Assembly: GCA_965205265.1 (NCBI GenBank) | Contig: CBDBGH010000003.1 | Coordinates: 928,001-992,000, forward strand | Reading direction: 5' to 3' | Origin: Alphaproteobacteria bacterium | Lineage (GTDB): Bacteria > Pseudomonadota > Alphaproteobacteria > Bin95 | DNA: 64,000 nt | Shown here: piece by piece, positions 59,607-64,000 of the stretch | Layout of the letters: each line of letters begins with the position of its first letter | How positions within the stretch are numbered: the stretch's first letter is position 1 | Position numbers and translations under genes: made by a program | Notes under the pieces: generated by a model | Told to the model about the DNA's origin: nothing | What the model saw: only the letters and a program-made list of their open reading frames with translations | Databases searched by the model: none

Positions 59607-60344
59607 TCAATACCGGACGCGCGTCAGGCAAAGGCCGTGCGGCGGGGCGGTCGGGCCTGCCGCGGGGCGCGAGGCGGCTTCGAGCGCTGCGGATACATCC
59701 TCGGGCGTGCGCTTGCCGATGCCGACCTCGCGCAAGGTTCCGGCAATGATGCGCATCTGGTGGTGCAGGAAGGAGCGCGCTTCGGCATGGAGCACGACCT
59801 CCTCGCCCTCGCGGCGGACATCGAGCCGGTCGAGCGTGCGCAGCGGCGAGTTGGCCTGGCATTCGGAGGACCGGAAGCTGCTGAAATCATGCCGGCCGAG
59901 CAGGCGTTTGGCGGCCTCGTCCATCGCCCCGGCGTCGAGCGGCGTGCCGACATGCCAGACCCGGCCCCGGTCCAGCGCCGGCGGCGCGCGACGGTTCAGG
60001 ATGCGGTAGCGGTAGGCGCGGCCGATGGCTGAGAACCGCGCATGGAAGTCGGGCGCGGCCTCCTCGGCGCCGAGCACGGAGACAGGCAGCGGACCCAGAT
60101 GGTGGTTGACCGCGTCGCGCAGCACGTTTGGCGGCCTTGCGCCCTCGAGGTCGAGATGCGCGACTTGTCCCTCGGCATGGACGCCGGCATCGGTGCGGCC
60201 CGCGCCCTGGATCCGCGCCCGTTCACCGCAGAAGCGGAAGACCGCTTCCTCCAGCGCCGACTGCACCGAGGGGCCGTTCGCCTGGGCCTGCCAGCCGACG
60301 AACGGTCCGCCGTCATATTCGACAAGGATGCGGTATCGCGGCAT
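59607..60344 (-). CDS. truA: tRNA pseudouridine(38-40) synthase
   Basis: EYDG...GWQ, AGRTDAGVHA, FHARFSA, HDFSSFR, SFLHHQMR. Confidence 0.95.
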   Translation of the reverse strand: MPRYRILVEYDGGPFVGWQAQANGPSVQSALEEAVFRFCGERARIQGAGRTDAGVHAEGQVAHLDLEGARPPNVLRDAVNHHLGPLPVSVLGAEEAAPDFHARFSAIGRAYRYRILNRRAPPALDRGRVWHVGTPLDAGAMDEAAKRLLGRHDFSSFRSSECQANSPLRTLDRLDVRREGEEVVLHAEARSFLHHQMRIIAGTLREVGIGKRTPEDVSAALEAASRPAAGPTAPPHGLCLTRVRY

Positions 60345-61257
60345 CGAGCAGGTCCGTTCCCGCCGGCAGGGGGAAGCCGCGCAGGAAGGCGGCGGCCTCC
60401 ATGGCCGAGCGCCCCGGCCGTTGCAGGCGAAGCAGGCGCAATACCCCTTCGCCGCAGGCCACGGCGGCGCCGTCGTCCAGCACGCGGCCGGGCGGTCCGC
60501 CGCCGGCTTCGACAACCGCTGCTTCGACCCCGATGCTTTCGCTCCGGTAGGCGAAACGGGCGCCCGGCCGCGGCGCGAAGGCGCGCACCCGCCGCTCCAG
60601 CTCGGCCGCCGGGCGGGTCCAGTCGAGCCGGCTGTCCTCCCGCGTGAGCTTCGGTGCCCGGGTTGCGCCATCCTCCGGCTGTGCCACTGGCTTCATCGTT
60701 CCTTCGGCCAGTCCGGCCAGCGCCTCCACCACCGCTTCGGCGGCGATCTGCGCCAGCCGGTCGTGCAACGCTCCGCCGGTCGTTTCCGGCCCGATGGGCG
60801 TGCGCCGCACAAGAAGCACGGGGCCGGTGTCGAGGCCTTCATCCATCGCCATCACCGAGATGCCGGTCTCTCGGTCGCCGGCGAGGATTGCATGCTGGAT
60901 CGGCGCTGCGCCCCGCCAGCGCGGCAGCAGCGAGGCATGAAGGTTCAGGCAGCCGAATCGCGGCGCGGCCAGAATTGCCGGCGGGAGCAACAGCCCATAG
61001 GCGGCGGTAACGGCGGCGTCGAGGCGGAGCGCCTCGAAATCCCGCTGGAGCGCAGGATCGCGAAGGCTTGCGGGCGTCGCTACCGGGATACCGCGCGCCT
61101 CGGCGAAGGCCTGCACCGGGGAAGGCCTGAGCCGTTGCCCGCGGCCGGCGGGGCGCGGCGGCTGTGCAAAGGCGCGCACGACCTCATGGCCTGCATCCAG
61201 CAATGCTTCAAGCGCAGGCAGGGCGAATTCCGGTGTGCCCAGGAAGGCCAGGCGCAT
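60313..61257 (-). CDS. fmt: methionyl-tRNA formyltransferase
   Basis: FLGTPEFA, AYGLLLP, NLHASLLPRWRGAAPI, MDEGLDTG. Confidence 0.95.
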   Translation of the reverse strand: MRLAFLGTPEFALPALEALLDAGHEVVRAFAQPPRPAGRGQRLRPSPVQAFAEARGIPVATPASLRDPALQRDFEALRLDAAVTAAYGLLLPPAILAAPRFGCLNLHASLLPRWRGAAPIQHAILAGDRETGISVMAMDEGLDTGPVLLVRRTPIGPETTGGALHDRLAQIAAEAVVEALAGLAEGTMKPVAQPEDGATRAPKLTREDSRLDWTRPAAELERRVRAFAPRPGARFAYRSESIGVEAAVVEAGGGPPGRVLDDGAAVACGEGVLRLLRLQRPGRSAMEAAAFLRGFPLPAGTDLLDAAIPHPCRI

Positions 61258-61263
61258 GCGCCG

Positions 61264-61779
61264 TCAGTCCTTCTTGCGGCGCTTCGACTTGTCCAGCCGC
61301 CGCAGGATCATGCCGCGCTTGACCGCCGACAGGTGGTCCACATGCAACACGCCGTTCAGATGGTCGATCTCGTGCTGGAGGCAGCGGGCGCGCAGGCCCT
61401 CGGCCTCGATCTCCTGCGGTTCGCCGTTCTCGTCGAGATAGGCGATGCGCACCGCTTCCGGCCGCTCCACATCCACATAGACCTCGGGCAGGGAGAGACA
61501 GCCTTCGTTGCCGATGACGAGTTCCTCCGAGCGCCAGACAACTTCCGGATCGACCAGCTTGAGCGGGGCCGGCTCTTCCTCGTCGCGGGCGCAGTCGATC
61601 ACCACCAGGCGCTTCAGCACGCCGACCTGCGGCGCCGCCAGCCCGATGCCGGGCGCGGCATACATGGTCTCCAGCATGTCGTCGAGCAGGCGCCGGGCGG
61701 CGTCGTCCACCTCGCCCACTGGGGCGCATTTGGTCCGCAGCCGCCGGTCGGGCGCGATCAGGATGTCGAGCGTGGCCAT
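61264..61779 (-). CDS. def: peptide deformylase
   Basis: GIGLAAPQ, EGCLS, QHEIDHLNG. Confidence 0.97.
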   Translation of the reverse strand: MATLDILIAPDRRLRTKCAPVGEVDDAARRLLDDMLETMYAAPGIGLAAPQVGVLKRLVVIDCARDEEEPAPLKLVDPEVVWRSEELVIGNEGCLSLPEVYVDVERPEAVRIAYLDENGEPQEIEAEGLRARCLQHEIDHLNGVLHVDHLSAVKRGMILRRLDKSKRRKKD

Positions 61780-61840
61780 GTCCGCAGGTCGTCGATTTCG
61801 GGCCGCCTTATGCCACGGCGCGCCGCCTCCCGGAAGCCCG

Positions 61841-62401
61841 TTACATCGTCACCCAGCCGGGCGGCGGCTCGCGGCCGGGATGGATTGCGCCGCATCCGCC
61901 GCAGGTCCGGGCCGTTTCGTCCGCGTAGAAGGCATCGAACAGCGGCGGCAGGTCCGTCACGATATTGCCGACCGGCAGCTCGACCCGGTGCACCAGCGCG
62001 CCGCAGTCGAAGCAGAACCACTCGAAACCGTCCAGCATGCCGCCCACGCGCGGCGCTTCCACCACTAGCCCGACGGAGCCCGGCATCGGGCGCTGCGGCG
62101 AGTGGCGCACATGAGGGGGCAGCATGAACACCTCGCCCGCACGGATCGGGACATCGTAGATGCAGCCCTTTTCCGCCACCTTGAGGATCATGTCGCCTTC
62201 CAGCTGATAGAAGAACTCCTCGACGGGGTCGTCGTGGAAATCCACCCGCTGGTTCGGCCCGCCCACGACCATCACGGTCATGCCGGCTTCCTCGAACACC
62301 AGCTTGTTGCCGACCGGCGGTTTCAGGAGTTCGCGGTGTTCGTCGATCCAGCGGCGGAAATCGAAGGGCCTGAAGCGCGGGTGTTCCGAAAAGCCTGCCA
62401 T
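61841..62401 (-). CDS. nbaC: 3-hydroxyanthranilate 3,4-dioxygenase
   Basis: LKPPVGNK, VGGPNQRVDFH...EEFFYQ, HSPQR, two CxxC pairs. Confidence 0.9.
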   Translation of the reverse strand: MAGFSEHPRFRPFDFRRWIDEHRELLKPPVGNKLVFEEAGMTVMVVGGPNQRVDFHDDPVEEFFYQLEGDMILKVAEKGCIYDVPIRAGEVFMLPPHVRHSPQRPMPGSVGLVVEAPRVGGMLDGFEWFCFDCGALVHRVELPVGNIVTDLPPLFDAFYADETARTCGGCGAIHPGREPPPGWVTM

Positions 62402-62414
62402 CGCCGGTTCCTCC

Positions 62415-63389
62415 TCACTCGGCGGCGCTGCGCATCAGTTCCGGTCCGCAGGTCTCGAAGGCCAGCCGGGTGGCCTGCTTCTCGGCCTCGGTCAGATCCA
62501 GCATGGGAGGCCGCACCGGCCCGCCGGCTTGGCCCAGCAACTCCTGCCAGTATTTTTGGTGCGCATGCGGCTTTGCGCCGGGGCGGGTTCGCTTCAGGGC
62601 GTCCCGCACGGGATCGAGGCTGTCCCTCACCCGCCTGGCTTCCTCCGCCTCACCGGCGAATGCGAGATCGGTGTAGAGGCGCATCCGGCGGTCCACCGCC
62701 GTCTGCAGCAGGTAGGGCGGTGAGGAACACAGATATAGCTGCCAGCCGAGTTCGAGAATGTTGTCGAGCCACTCCTCCTCGGAGGCCGTGCTGACCAGGA
62801 GCCGGTCGCCTGCAAGGCGGGTGAGTTCGGTGTACATCTCGCGGGGCACGCTGTATTTGATGGCCACGATATTGGGGAGTTCGGCGATCCGGGCGCAGAG
62901 TTCGGGGCTCATCAGATAGCCGCTGTCGGGATGGCTCCACATGGCGATCCCGATATCCACCGCCTCGCTGACCGTGCGGTAGTACTCGTAGAGAAGGTCG
63001 TCGCGGTCGGTCACGAAACTCAACACCGGCGCATGCACGACGATGTAATCCGCGCCCACGGCCTGGGCATGGCGGGCCAGATCGATGACCGTATCCATGT
63101 TCTGGTCGGAGCAGGACATGACGGTGCCGGCGCCCGTGCCGTGCGCTGCATCGACCGCAATCTCGAAGACGCGCTTGCGCTCCTCGACCGACATCGAGAA
63201 GTATTCGCCCTGCTTCCCGGAAATGAACAGCCCGTCGATGCCGAGGTCTTCGACCCAGTGGCGGATGTTGGACCGCATGCCCGCCTCGTCTATCGACAGG
63301 TCTTCCCGGAAGGGTTGCAGGGCGGCGGCCCAGATTCCCTTCATGCGGGCGCGCGCATGCTCCTTGGCTTCATTCCGGCGATAGTCCAT
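62415..63389 (-). CDS. dihydrodipicolinate synthase family aldolase/lyase
   Basis: GKQGEYFSMSVEER, GADYIVVHAP, PNIVAIKYS, GGPVRPP. Confidence 0.85.
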   Translation of the reverse strand: MDYRRNEAKEHARARMKGIWAAALQPFREDLSIDEAGMRSNIRHWVEDLGIDGLFISGKQGEYFSMSVEERKRVFEIAVDAAHGTGAGTVMSCSDQNMDTVIDLARHAQAVGADYIVVHAPVLSFVTDRDDLLYEYYRTVSEAVDIGIAMWSHPDSGYLMSPELCARIAELPNIVAIKYSVPREMYTELTRLAGDRLLVSTASEEEWLDNILELGWQLYLCSSPPYLLQTAVDRRMRLYTDLAFAGEAEEARRVRDSLDPVRDALKRTRPGAKPHAHQKYWQELLGQAGGPVRPPMLDLTEAEKQATRLAFETCGPELMRSAAE

Positions 63390-63543
63390 GGGCCGCGTTC
63401 CCCGATGCGCCCGGGATCATGAGTCCGGTCGCGCGGCGCCAGTATGCGTCCAATCTCGACGCTCGACAATGAAGTGCCGGTGCGCCGTTGTCCGGCGGCC
63501 GCAATGCGAGGGCCGCCGGACAACAGCCATGCGGCGCGGGCTG

Positions 63544-64000
63544 TCAGAACGCCGCGTCGCGGCCGTGCGCCCTGGCGACCTCGCGGGCGTTGGGGTTGAC
63601 GGAGGGACGGAACGGCATTTCGCAGACTTCCGCCGCCACCGGCTGTCCCGGCTGTTCGGCGTAGCGGTCCGGCAGCCACACGGCGTATTCCGTGCCGACG
63701 CCGGACCTCTCCACCGGCACATAGCCCATGGATATGTTGCAACCGAGCTCCGGCGAGTACCAGGGCGAGGTGAGATAGCCGACCGGCTCGCCGCCGCCCG
63801 GCTCCGACACCAGCCAGAAGTCCGGCGCATAGTCGTCGATGGGCCGGCCGCCGAGGCGCAGGCCCACAAGCTGCTGGCGCCAGGGCGGATTGCCGGCTTC
63901 CATCTCCGCCCGCATCCGTTCCAGCGCCGCCCTGCCGATATAGTCGGCGGTCTTCTTGCGCGGTACCTGGTAGCCGAGATTGCACTGGAAGGGGTTGGTC
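63544..64000 (-). CDS. C-terminal part of GcvT-family aminomethyltransferase (5' end beyond window)
   Basis: NPFQCNLG, DYIGRAAL, LVGL, VGYLTSPWYSPELGCNISMGYV, PF. Confidence 0.8.
   Translation of the reverse strand, partial: TNPFQCNLGYQVPRKKTADYIGRAALERMRAEMEAGNPPWRQQLVGLRLGGRPIDDYAPDFWLVSEPGGGEPVGYLTSPWYSPELGCNISMGYVPVERSGVGTEYAVWLPDRYAEQPGQPVAAEVCEMPFRPSVNPNAREVARAHGRDAAF

Noticed and set aside
60313-60344. 32-nt overlap of fmt and truA
   Set aside because: The def-fmt-truA order is ordinary; a short C-terminal run-on of fmt explains it.
63544-64000. Calling the terminal partial gene dmdA
   Set aside because: Only the GcvT C-terminal domain is visible, which is not enough to separate DmdA from other aminomethyltransferases.

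Overview
High-GC chromosomal window from an alphaproteobacterium. The ubiG/lysC-ptsP-rodZ-ispG-hisS-prfA-prmC and plsY-dprA-topA-rnr gene orders suggest a Rhodospirillales-like organism, and a marine, possibly host-associated lifestyle is inferred from a DddL-type DMSP lyase and a reductive dehalogenase-like gene. It holds about 65 CDS (mostly housekeeping and catabolic), one tRNA-Arg(CCT), a VapBC toxin-antitoxin pair and F420 genes (npdG-cofE-cofD). The least explained structure is at 51.2-56.5 kb. Two diverged, colinear, same-orientation copies of an unnamed element (extended -10 motif, GC-rich foldable leader, variable middle, conserved CATGAC-rich 3' block) bracket a four-gene catabolic cassette. 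Copy A carries an orphan ORF with an internal 34-aa duplication and is interrupted by a 248-bp MITE (perfect 23-bp TIRs, 8-bp TSD) that itself contains a REP-like palindrome. Other oddities are an in-frame UbiG + nitrile-hydratase-beta-like fusion, a TAT-less RdhA-like gene, an HTH-Zn-finger-HTH ORF coupled to leuB, and an amidinotransferase appended to a valine-catabolism operon. All product calls come from motif recognition by eye; no searches were run.
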